From positions 1-64,000 of IMG/VR virus record IMGVR_UViG_2734482785_000008: DNA of 64,000 bases. The stretch is one strand, 5' to 3'. Position numbers and translations under genes: made by a program. Below are positions 56,215 through 64,000 of the stretch, one piece after another. The notes under the pieces are model-generated. The model was not told where the DNA came from, searched no databases, and saw only the letters and a program-made list of their open reading frames with translations. Position 1 is the stretch's first letter, and every line of letters starts with the position of its first letter. This stretch comes from an uncultured virus (IMG/VR IMGVR_UViG_2734482785_000008). Its lineage: Duplodnaviria; Heunggongvirae; Uroviricota; Caudoviricetes.

Positions 56215-56584
56215 CCTCCCCGTTCCCTAATACACAGACGGGGACACTCTGCGGTCGATTTTTTGACGGGGGACGACTCATACCCCGTGGCATCTGGCTT
56301 CTTAGGCCGCTACCATCATCAGATCATCGTTTGCATTTACTTTAATGGTCAGTTTCTAAACCGCCGCAAAGTCGCTAACCATGACGAAAACCCTGAAAAA
56401 AACGCCCACCCGAAGATGGGCAAACTGGAAGCTCGTAACGCACTTCGGCGTTGCCACTTAGGCGCATGGTCAACCTGGCAACTCGGTGGTTTGTCTGGGA
56501 GGACTAGGCCCAGCCATGCTTACCGCCGCGCCTGTCGCGGCTAACAGCTAAATCGCTCTATAAATCACGATTCATTGAGGCGAT

Positions 56585-56612
56585 ATTACACTAATAAATT
56601 TATTAGAGCAAT
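56585..56612. promoter_or_regulatory. Overlapping inverted double C1 operator (ban operon promoter)
   Basis: ATTACACTAATAAATTT on plus overlapping a consensus ATTGCTCTAATAAATTT on minus. Confidence 0.9.
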
Positions 56613-58867
56613 ATACCCAAAACGTCATGAGCTACACCTCGAGTGTCCCCCTTACAAGACACAGAACGTCTGGCAAAAAGAGGTTCCACTCTGAAGCCAC
56701 TGTCATGATAAAGCTCTCTGATGTTTGGCGCGCCACTGTTAGTAATGAGAACCTTTGCACCTCGACGATGAGCATCCGTCAACAGAGACACCAGGCGTTT
56801 TTGCTCTTCAAACTTAAAGTCATGACCGGAATAGTTCGTGAATCCCTCTGTATTTGGAAGCGGTTCATACGGCGGATCGCAAAAGATGACATCTCCTTCT
56901 CCGGCAGCTTCAATCACCGCTGCAAAATCACCGCATACAAACTCAGACCGCCCTTCCGCACCGAGGAAGGCTTCCATCTCCTGTAATGGGAAATACGGAG
57001 TTTTATACTTCCCATAACCGACATTGAACTCACCGGCCTGGTTGTAACGCGTCAATCCGTTAAAACAATGTCGGTTCAGGAACAAAAACGCCGCTGCGCG
57101 ATGTAAATCATCATAGACTTGTTTGTTAAACGCATTCCGTACTGCCAGGTATCCTTCCTGTGTGTTGTAGTCCTGGAAGAAACGATGTGCCAGAGTGATA
57201 AGTGAATGCGCCTCGCGTTGCAGAGTCTTGTAAAAGTTAATCAGGTCAGCATTCACATCATTTAGCAGATTTTCCTGGTATCCGGCATTCATGAAGACAG
57301 CTCCGCCACCAACGAAAGGTTCAATCAGGCGCTTCCCTTCTGGCAAATAGCGAAAGATTTGTTCCAGAACACCAAATTTTCCACCAGCCCATTTGAATAT
57401 GGACCGTTCGAATTCTGCCGCTGGTTTAACTTTTCGCTCTTTTGTTTCACTTCCTTCTTTCTGCCGACATACGGCCTTAGTAATCCGATCGCCAATCCAG
57501 CGCATTACTGGTATTGCCATACTATTGCCGATCGCTTTGTAACGCGGTCCGTCAGCTGCAAGCATCGCGGCCTCTTCTTCGCTTAAATCTGGATAGTGAT
57601 TGCGAAGATATGCCAGTTCATCTGAATTAACTTTTTTACGCTTTTCCGTCGGGATCAACGTATGCCCATCAGGAAAACCTTGCAGCCTTTCACATTCGAC
57701 AGGGGTAAGACGGCGGACAGCTACTTCTGCGTTTCTTACTTCATAGCAAACAGCTGTTGGATTTTTAGCCATTAGAGATGGTGAAGTATTCTTAGTTGCA
57801 GCATGTTGTGTACCGCTCATACGCTCAGGAAAAGCCAATGTAACAAGATGCTCATGGCTTTCTTGCTCACGTGCCCGCAATGTACCATGCCCTTCTGACC
57901 AAAAACCTGCTCCTGTGCTGCTAAAAACGGCAAGGTCAGTGGCATCTTTAAAATCTCTTGCCTTTACTGTCGATGCGGTTTCATCGTCAATATATTCCCC
58001 AAATGCCGCCATCCTGAAACCGTTTACGGCTTTCGTCGATTTCATACCGGGAGACATGCCAGCGTGTAGGCATGGATTTAGGCTTTCGCCACTGATTGCA
58101 GCGCCATTTGCAGTAATGGCGGAAGCGATTTCCTTCTTTTTTCGGCTCGGCGCAATATTCCGGCGCACGCCTTCGAACTCAAAAAGTACCGTTGCGGGAT
58201 CGAGGTCTGTTCGAGCACTTGCGACAACAAACACGCGTCGGCGTCGTTGTGCCACTCCGAAGTATTGGGCATCAAGGATTCTCCAGGCCACCTTTCGCTG
58301 CGGTCCATAAATACAACCACACTGCGGCCACTTTGGAACATGGCAACCGGTTTTGCCATCCCACCGCCAGAACGCGTTGCTTTTTCCTGATTCAGGTCGA
58401 TCACCTGGTTCAAATGGCACATCTTCTCCAGCCAATCCGGCAAGGAAACATCCGAAGGCGTTATCTGCGGATGACAAGACTCCTGGGACATTTTCCCAGA
58501 CGATAACGGCTGGTTTGAGAAATGACTCAGCCCGTTTGTCGTCAATTGCATTTGCAAGCTCCACATACTTTAAAGTTAGCGCGCCACGCTCATCATCAAG
58601 CCCACCACGTAAGCCCGCGATACTGAATGCCTGACAAGGTGTTCCCCCGACGAGCACATCAGGGGATTCGATTTCCCCAGCCAGGACTTTTTTGGCAAGT
58701 TTTGTCATGTCGCCAAGGTTGGCGACATGGGGCCAGCGGTGCGCAAGAACGGCAGATGGAAAAGACTCGATTTCAGCAAACCACACCGGACGCATACCCA
58801 ACGGTTCCCAGGCAATACTCGCGGCTTCAATTCCACTGCAAACAGATCCATAGCACAGCTCTTTCAC
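56603..58867 (-). CDS. dmt: Dmt, fused C5-cytosine plus Dam-type adenine methyltransferase
   Basis: N-half GGTPCQ, ENV, QRRRR, GNS; C-half KWAGGK, EPFVGGG, DPPY. Confidence 0.95.
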   Translation of the reverse strand: MKELCYGSVCSGIEAASIAWEPLGMRPVWFAEIESFPSAVLAHRWPHVANLGDMTKLAKKVLAGEIESPDVLVGGTPCQAFSIAGLRGGLDDERGALTLKYVELANAIDDKRAESFLKPAVIVWENVPGVLSSADNAFGCFLAGLAGEDVPFEPGDRPESGKSNAFWRWDGKTGCHVPKWPQCGCIYGPQRKVAWRILDAQYFGVAQRRRRVFVVASARTDLDPATVLFEFEGVRRNIAPSRKKKEIASAITANGAAISGESLNPCLHAGMSPGMKSTKAVNGFRMAAFGEYIDDETASTVKARDFKDATDLAVFSSTGAGFWSEGHGTLRAREQESHEHLVTLAFPERMSGTQHAATKNTSPSLMAKNPTAVCYEVRNAEVAVRRLTPVECERLQGFPDGHTLIPTEKRKKVNSDELAYLRNHYPDLSEEEAAMLAADGPRYKAIGNSMAIPVMRWIGDRITKAVCRQKEGSETKERKVKPAAEFERSIFKWAGGKFGVLEQIFRYLPEGKRLIEPFVGGGAVFMNAGYQENLLNDVNADLINFYKTLQREAHSLITLAHRFFQDYNTQEGYLAVRNAFNKQVYDDLHRAAAFLFLNRHCFNGLTRYNQAGEFNVGYGKYKTPYFPLQEMEAFLGAEGRSEFVCGDFAAVIEAAGEGDVIFCDPPYEPLPNTEGFTNYSGHDFKFEEQKRLVSLLTDAHRRGAKVLITNSGAPNIRELYHDSGFRVEPLFARRSVSCKGDTRGVAHDVLGILL

Positions 58868-59769
58868 TGCTTAGCCTCTCCACCAAGGGCATTTACCAGA
58901 GCATCAACCAGGCACGAAATTTCACTGGTCAACAGGAAGAAATCTGCGTCCAGTCGCTGCGCAACATCTTCACTATCAATATCAGAGTTCTGCTCAAGCA
59001 ATTCATCCGCAAATTTGACGCTGGTAAGGCTGAAGTTATGGTCCAGTGTAAATTTAATGCGGTTCTGCCAGTCGAGTGCCAACTTAGTGACGAGCTTGCC
59101 AGCTTCCAGGTGTGTGGAAATTTCATCGCTTCCCAAATCCTGCTTTTTCACTCGGGCAATACCGCCATCCTCAAGCACTGCCTTAAGTTCTGCCGCATCC
59201 CCCATTTGAAATCCCTGTGGAGCACTACCATCACGTACCCAGTCGGTCAGCGTTAACTCAATGGGATTTTCAACACTTAGGGGAACAACAGGAAGAGAAC
59301 CCAGAGATTTACGCATAAGCGCGAGCATATCCTCTGCCTGCCGCGCGCTGGCATTGATATAGATACGTTTAGTTGAACCGTCGTAGATCGCCTGGATAAC
59401 AGAAAACTTTGAAAAAGCCCGTGGCAGAAGAGAATGCAGAACTTCGTCTTTCAGGGAGTCCTTCTCTGTTTTCTTCAGTTTACGCGCTTGTTCTTGCTCA
59501 AGTTTTTCAATTTTTTCTTGAATAGCTCGCTGGATAACCGGCGGGGGAAGAATTTTTGTTTCGCGCTTTGCTTCAACAAGGATAAAACCATTTCCATGCA
59601 TAGCGATAACTTCGGAATTATCACCAAATGGCGATACAAAACCGAACTTGGCCATATCCTGACTACCGCATGGTGTGAAAAGGATCATTTTCTTTTTATC
59701 TTCTAAGTCGGTCAGATCCGCCTCACGAGAAAGTTTATAAATAGTAATATTTTTCCAGTGCTTAAACAT
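58864..59769 (-). CDS. hrdC: RdgC homologue HrdC
   Basis: [33 protein letters not shown] RdgC motifs. Confidence 0.93.
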   Translation of the reverse strand: MFKHWKNITIYKLSREADLTDLEDKKKMILFTPCGSQDMAKFGFVSPFGDNSEVIAMHGNGFILVEAKRETKILPPPVIQRAIQEKIEKLEQEQARKLKKTEKDSLKDEVLHSLLPRAFSKFSVIQAIYDGSTKRIYINASARQAEDMLALMRKSLGSLPVVPLSVENPIELTLTDWVRDGSAPQGFQMGDAAELKAVLEDGGIARVKKQDLGSDEISTHLEAGKLVTKLALDWQNRIKFTLDHNFSLTSVKFADELLEQNSDIDSEDVAQRLDADFFLLTSEISCLVDALVNALGGEAKQ

Positions 59770-60046
59770 GTTGTAACCCTTGAATATCAACCACAGAAAG
59801 CTCGTCTTTATAGAAAAAGGCCAAGTTGTGGCACCCCCTCGTTTGAGCGTATGAGCTGGGACCAATTTCGTTCTTCCAGACAAATGGCTTCAAATCCGTA
59901 CGGCGAAGCATAAAAACGCGATTTGTTCCGCTCTGATTCCCAATGAGGCAAAAGCCTTCTTTCACCTTGATAGCCTGCAAGTTGTCGAGTTCACCGCTGG
60001 TTACACGGCTATCGAACTCCTTGCGGCTTATTAGCTCCATCTGCAT
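59762..60046 (-). CDS. uhr: Uhr
   Basis: GGAG RBS, upstream of hrdC; C1 operator at 60118-60134. Confidence 0.7.
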   Translation of the reverse strand: MQMELISRKEFDSRVTSGELDNLQAIKVKEGFCLIGNQSGTNRVFMLRRTDLKPFVWKNEIGPSSYAQTRGCHNLAFFYKDELSVVDIQGLQHV

Positions 60047-60215
60047 CTGACGACTCCAAACAAATGCCCATTGAAGGGCGATGGCTGAATGGTACCGAAA
60101 ACACGATATAAAAAACAATATTTATTAGAGCAATTTTGTAATAAGTAAACGCCATACAGACCACAAATAACCTAAGTTAAAATAACGAAAATCAGAGCAA
60201 ATCCTTGGTGACGAC

Positions 60216-60500
60216 GTGGCAAGTATTGCAACAAAAGACAGCATTTGTTCGGGGCACGGAGGATTCCCATCCAGGCCTCCTGTAGAGAGTGAACCACTAC
60301 TTAAAGTCAACGGAGTCGAAGTGTTAGTTGATGGTAAGCAATATGCACAGCATACCGATGGAAACAGTACGCACGGTGGGCAAGCTATATCAACCAGGGC
60401 ATGGTTTACCGTCAATGGTAAAGGGATCGTATGCGTTGGTGACCCTGTTTCATGCGGATCTACCGTAGCGTCCGGAGACGGCCTGGTTCAGGTAAGTTAG
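60216..60500 (+). CDS. upfC: PAAR-like spike-tip protein UpfC
   Basis: T4 gp5.4-like pattern (CSGHG, VNG, HGG, VGDPVSCG). Confidence 0.8.
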   Translation: MASIATKDSICSGHGGFPSRPPVESEPLLKVNGVEVLVDGKQYAQHTDGNSTHGGQAISTRAWFTVNGKGIVCVGDPVSCGSTVASGDGLVQVS

Positions 60501-60508
60501 GAGATATC

Positions 60509-61297
60509 ATGCTGGAAAAAGACTACCAGTTATCCGCATATAAAAAATTGGCCGCAGCCGGTGGGATGAAAACACCTGGTGCCATAACATCGGCACGAAA
60601 CAGTGCTAACACGGCAAAACAGCTTGCAGAAGAATTGATCGGATTAATTTTGGATACAATTGTCTATCCCGACACTATTACCAGTTATGTTTCAACGATC
60701 AGAACAACCACAACAGGCTTAACGAACATTGTCGAACTGGCAACTAAGCACGCGGACCTGTTGGCTGGTTATGCAGATCTGTCAATGCTGCTTCAACTCG
60801 ATATTGGTTGGGATGTTTACTGCCGTGCTAATGAGCGAGAAGTTTCAGAACTGCCGATCTCTATTGCCATTGGTGATGTGACTATTACTAAATCGCTTGA
60901 GGACGCTGTTAACGCGCTTAATACATCAAGTTTAGTCGCTGCTATGGGGGAGATTAACCAGACCCTTAACACTGGCTCAGGAAGCTCGTCAGGCTCTGGT
61001 TCAGGCGGCGGCACTGCCACTCCCCCACCAGCACTAACAGAAGAGCAAATTGAATCTCTGAAAGTAGCAACTGAACAGTTTGGGGTTGTTTTCAACCAGA
61101 CAACAGCGCCCACAACTGCGTTACAACAGCAGTATGAACGAGCGAATGAAAGCGCCAACGTAGCCATAACTGCTTATAACCATGCTATCGGTACCGCGCT
61201 TGCGGAAGCATCAGCAAATAAGGCCAGCACAGCCAGCGCAGTTGCCGCTTTGGTTCCTGATTCTGTTCTTGATGAATTAAACAAAGCGGCACAGTAA
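60509..61297 (+). CDS. upfB: UpfB
   Basis: AGGAG RBS; synteny. Confidence 0.7.
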   Translation: MLEKDYQLSAYKKLAAAGGMKTPGAITSARNSANTAKQLAEELIGLILDTIVYPDTITSYVSTIRTTTTGLTNIVELATKHADLLAGYADLSMLLQLDIGWDVYCRANEREVSELPISIAIGDVTITKSLEDAVNALNTSSLVAAMGEINQTLNTGSGSSSGSGSGGGTATPPPALTEEQIESLKVATEQFGVVFNQTTAPTTALQQQYERANESANVAITAYNHAIGTALAEASANKASTASAVAALVPDSVLDELNKAAQ

Positions 61298-61336
61298 CAA
61301 AGGACTTCATTGATAATTTTTCTTCAGGAGGAAGAC

Positions 61337-61759
61337 ATGTCATTCTTTTCTACGTTAAAAACAGCTTTGTCTTTGAAGGAGAAACTTGCTGCTACTGGTG
61401 TTCTTGTTCTGATTTGCGCACTTGTTGGTGCTGGGTTTGCATGGGAACGTCATCAGCTAAAGCAAGCCATGGAGAAAATTGGCAGTCTTGATCAGGCTGT
61501 TAAGGAACGTGATAAGTCAATAATGGATCTTAACCAGACCATTGAGACGATGAACAAAGCAGAGCAACATTTTCACAGCCAGGAAGTGAAAAATGAATCA
61601 GAACAAGCCAAATATGCTGACAGGCAAATGGAACGAAAAGCTGAAGTTCAGAAACAACTGGTTGCGGCGGGTAATGTTCGCCAGCGTATTCCTGCTGACA
61701 CTCAGCGGTTGCTCCGGGAGTCGATCAGCGAATTTAACGCCGACGCCGACAAAGGTTAA
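61337..61759 (+). CDS. ppfA: PpfA, probable i-spanin
   Basis: N-terminal TM followed by coiled coil. Confidence 0.7.
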   Translation: MSFFSTLKTALSLKEKLAATGVLVLICALVGAGFAWERHQLKQAMEKIGSLDQAVKERDKSIMDLNQTIETMNKAEQHFHSQEVKNESEQAKYADRQMERKAEVQKQLVAAGNVRQRIPADTQRLLRESISEFNADADKG

Positions 61760-61925
61760 CCACCCTGACCCAAAAAGTGCATTTATGTGCAGGATGCCAG
61801 AGTTTAGCAGTGAATATTTTGATGATCTGCCAGCGTATATCCTCGATACAGAAACGATGCTGATGGGGATTAACAGGAAGAATCGCAACGTTAATGATTA
61901 CAACCGAGCTATTAGCGGTAACTAA
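61614..61925 (+). CDS. mlp: Mlp lipoprotein, probable o-spanin (start uncertain)
   Basis: FASVFLLTLSGC lipobox, overlapping ppfA in another frame. Confidence 0.7.
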   Translation: MLTGKWNEKLKFRNNWLRRVMFASVFLLTLSGCSGSRSANLTPTPTKVNHPDPKSAFMCRMPEFSSEYFDDLPAYILDTETMLMGINRKNRNVNDYNRAISGN

Positions 61926-61936
61926 AAGGGATTTTT

Positions 61937-62329
61937 ATGTCTGATAAAGTAACAGTAAAGCAAACTATCAACAAAGCGACTTCAATCTACAAAATTGAGC
62001 AAATCACTGTTGGCAAGCCAGGATCTGAACAATACCGTCGTGCTTTCGAGCTTGCCGATCAGCTTGGTTTAAAACACCCGGATTGCATTGAGCATGTATT
62101 TCCGACCTATGCTGATGAGCAATGTACTCATGTTCTTACCGAAGAGGATTTTTTCAGCACTGAAGAACGAGAAGGCGTTGATCGCTGTATTGGTGTGATT
62201 TGCTCTTCAGTGAGTTATGAGTTATTCCCTAATGTCCATGAAGATGGTGGTATTGGATACCAATTCCTGTACGAAGGCGATGAGCTTAAATGTTATGAAC
62301 ATGGTCTTCTCATCGAAAGCATAGAATAA
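61937..62329 (+). CDS. upfA: UpfA
   Basis: ORF immediately before oriR; synteny. Confidence 0.7.
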   Translation: MSDKVTVKQTINKATSIYKIEQITVGKPGSEQYRRAFELADQLGLKHPDCIEHVFPTYADEQCTHVLTEEDFFSTEEREGVDRCIGVICSSVSYELFPNVHEDGGIGYQFLYEGDELKCYEHGLLIESIE

Positions 62330-62343
62330 TACAGCTTCCTTCC

Positions 62344-62367
62344 AACCGGCTTTGTTGGCCGGTTTTT
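62344..62367 (+). terminator. Terminator before oriR
   Basis: AACCGGC-TTTGTTG-GCCGGTT followed by T-run. Confidence 0.7.
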
Positions 62368-62370
62368 CAC

Positions 62371-62630
62371 TTATCCACATTATCCACTGGATAGATCCAA
62401 TAATTAGGTCCATACAGATCCCAATTAGATCCATATAGATCCCTGATCGTTGCAGGCCGCGCCACGTCTGGCCTAGAAGTGTATCGCGATGTGTGCTGGA
62501 GGGAAAACGATGTGTGCTGGCGGGATAAAAATGTGTGCTGACGGGTTGCTAATGTGTGCTGGCGGGATATAGGATGTGTGCTGACGGGAAAGCCTGGGTA
62601 GTTATCATCACTTATAAAAACTATCCACAT
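62371..62630. other. oriR plasmid replication origin
   Basis: Tandem DnaA boxes (TTATCCACA, TTATCCACT), AGATCC 7-mer repeats, GC spacer, iterons, further DnaA boxes. Confidence 0.95.
62488..62592 (+). repeat. incC iterons (5 x 19 bp)
   Basis: Five ATGTGTGCTG-core repeats at 21-22 bp spacing. Confidence 0.95.
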
Positions 62631-62647
62631 AATTCGGAAAAAGTAAT

Positions 62648-63508
62648 ATGAATCAATCATTTATCTCCGATATTCTTTACGCAGACATTGAAAGTAAGGC
62701 AAAAGAACTAACAGTTAATTCAAACAACACTGTGCAGCCTGTAGCGTTGATGCGCTTGGGGGTATTCGTTCCGAAGCCATCAAAGAGCAAAGGAGAAAGT
62801 AAAGAGATTGATGCCACCAAAGCGTTTTCCCAGCTGGAGATAGCTAAAGCCGAGGGTTACGATGATATTAAAATCACCGGTCCTCGACTCGATATGGATA
62901 CTGATTTCAAAACGTGGATCGGTGTCATCTACGCGTTCAGCAAATACGGCTTGTCTTCAAACACCATCCAGTTATCGTTTCAGGAGTTCGCTAAAGCCTG
63001 TGGTTTCCCCTCAAAACGTCTGGATGCGAAACTGCGTTTAACCATTCATGAATCACTTGGACGCTTGCGTAACAAGGGTATCGCTTTTAAGCGCGGAAAA
63101 GATGCTAAAGGCGGCTATCAGACTGGTCTGCTGAAGGTCGGGCGTTTTGATGCTGACCTTGATCTGATAGAGCTGGAGGCCGATTCGAAGCTCTGGGAGC
63201 TGTTCCAGCTTGATTATCGCGTTCTGTTGCAACACCACGCCTTGCGTGCCCTTCCGAAGAAAGAAGCTGCACAAGCCATTTACACTTTCATCGAAAGCCT
63301 TCCGCAGAACCCGTTGCCGCTATCGTTCGCGCGAATCCGTGAGCGCCTGGCTTTGCAGTCAGCTGTTGGCGAGCAAAACCGTATCATTAAGAAAGCGATA
63401 GAACAGCTTAAAACAATCGGCTATCTCGACTGTTCAATTGAGAAGAAAGGCCGGGAAAGTTTTGTAATCGTCCATTCTCGCAATCCAAAGCTGAAACTTC
63501 CCGAATAA
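62648..63508 (+). CDS. repA: Plasmid replication initiator RepA (IncY)
   Basis: 286 aa MNQSFISDILYADIE, flanked by iterons. Confidence 0.97.
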   Translation: MNQSFISDILYADIESKAKELTVNSNNTVQPVALMRLGVFVPKPSKSKGESKEIDATKAFSQLEIAKAEGYDDIKITGPRLDMDTDFKTWIGVIYAFSKYGLSSNTIQLSFQEFAKACGFPSKRLDAKLRLTIHESLGRLRNKGIAFKRGKDAKGGYQTGLLKVGRFDADLDLIELEADSKLWELFQLDYRVLLQHHALRALPKKEAAQAIYTFIESLPQNPLPLSFARIRERLALQSAVGEQNRIIKKAIEQLKTIGYLDCSIEKKGRESFVIVHSRNPKLKLPE

Positions 63509-63792
63509 GTGTGTGCTGGAGGGCAGCTGCATTTGAAAAATGTGCGCTGCCGGGAATGCCTGCCCATTTTCCTGTTTTTGGTGTGCGCTGGAGGGTTGCG
63601 CCACGCAGTTTGCCCAGACATTCCCTCCAGCACACATCTAACCATCCAAGTTTCCCTCCAGCGCACATCTAATCTTCTATCTTTCCCTTCAGCGCACATA
63701 TTTGATACCAGCGATCCCTCCACAACACATAATTCAATGCGACTTCCCTCTATCGCACATTCTGGTCCTGCATCATCCCTCCAGCACACATC
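63508..63792. repeat. incA copy-control iterons
   Basis: About nine iterons, three direct (GTGTGCTGG-type) then six inverted (CAGCACACAT-type). Confidence 0.92.
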
Positions 63793-63901
63793 TAATAGCC
63801 TCATCGCCATTTCTTTACGTGCAATAATTTGCGCACGAATCAAAATAAGTTGCACGTAGCAGAATCAAACGTACAATTCACTCATACGAAATGATAAGGA
63901 G

Positions 63902-64000
63902 ATGATGATGAAACGCGATTACGGCGGTGTCGGCACCATAGCTCTTCGTGCAAGCGCATTACTTAAGGCCATGAGTCAGGATATTGAAGATCAGCGCAAA
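63902..64000 (+). CDS. parA: ParA N-terminus, P7 type (truncated by window end; start 63902, 63905 or 63908)
   Basis: MKRDYGGVGTIALRASALLKAMSQDIEDQRK after AAGGAG RBS; matches my recollection of P7 ParA. Confidence 0.85.
   Translation, partial: MMMKRDYGGVGTIALRASALLKAMSQDIEDQRK

Noticed and set aside
54880..56220. CRISPR array or CRISPR-repeat mimic
   Set aside because: Repeats are paired inverted arms of uneven spacing, not direct repeats with uniform spacers. No cas genes are present, and only a short TTCCCCGCG resembles the type I-E repeat.
55041..56544. Track ORFs 55041-55232, 55233-55652, 55688-56002 and 56212-56544
   Set aside because: No recognisable protein features or good RBS; most overlap tRNAs or RNA stems
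56603..58867. Dcm-Dam fusion as a novelty
   Set aside because: This is the known P1 dmt architecture

Overview
A 64 kb stretch of a P1/P7-like Escherichia phage-plasmid (Punavirus type, IncY replicon), collinear with the P1 gene map as I recall it. It runs from the cin invertase/cix site through the dar antirestriction operon, lysis and head genes, darB, ref, cre/loxP, immC (coi, c1), pacAB, phd-doc, humD, the pmg early genes, tail/baseplate genes, ban, tRNAs, dmt and oriR/repA/incA to the start of a P7-type parA. Three hotspots carry non-P1 cargo: (1) an NmpC-like porin with a consensus CRP site where P1 has isaA/IS1/isaB; (2) a stand-alone, AT-rich SIR2-domain gene in place of the EcoP1I res-mod genes; (3) lambdoid-type Ea/Ead accessory cassettes and an unknown gene where hot is expected. 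The most unusual signal is about 1.7 kb (54880-56560) at the 5' end of the C1-controlled ban operon that lacks credible ORFs. It reads as a tandem array of structured RNAs: conserved long stems with variable cargo alternate with tRNA/C4-like cloverleaf units and real tRNAs. Some cargoes mimic a tRNA T-arm, and one is antisense to a ribosome-binding site plus start codon. A dispersed set of four glycosyltransferase-like genes is also notable. Gene names come from recognised protein sequence and recalled synteny; no searches were run.
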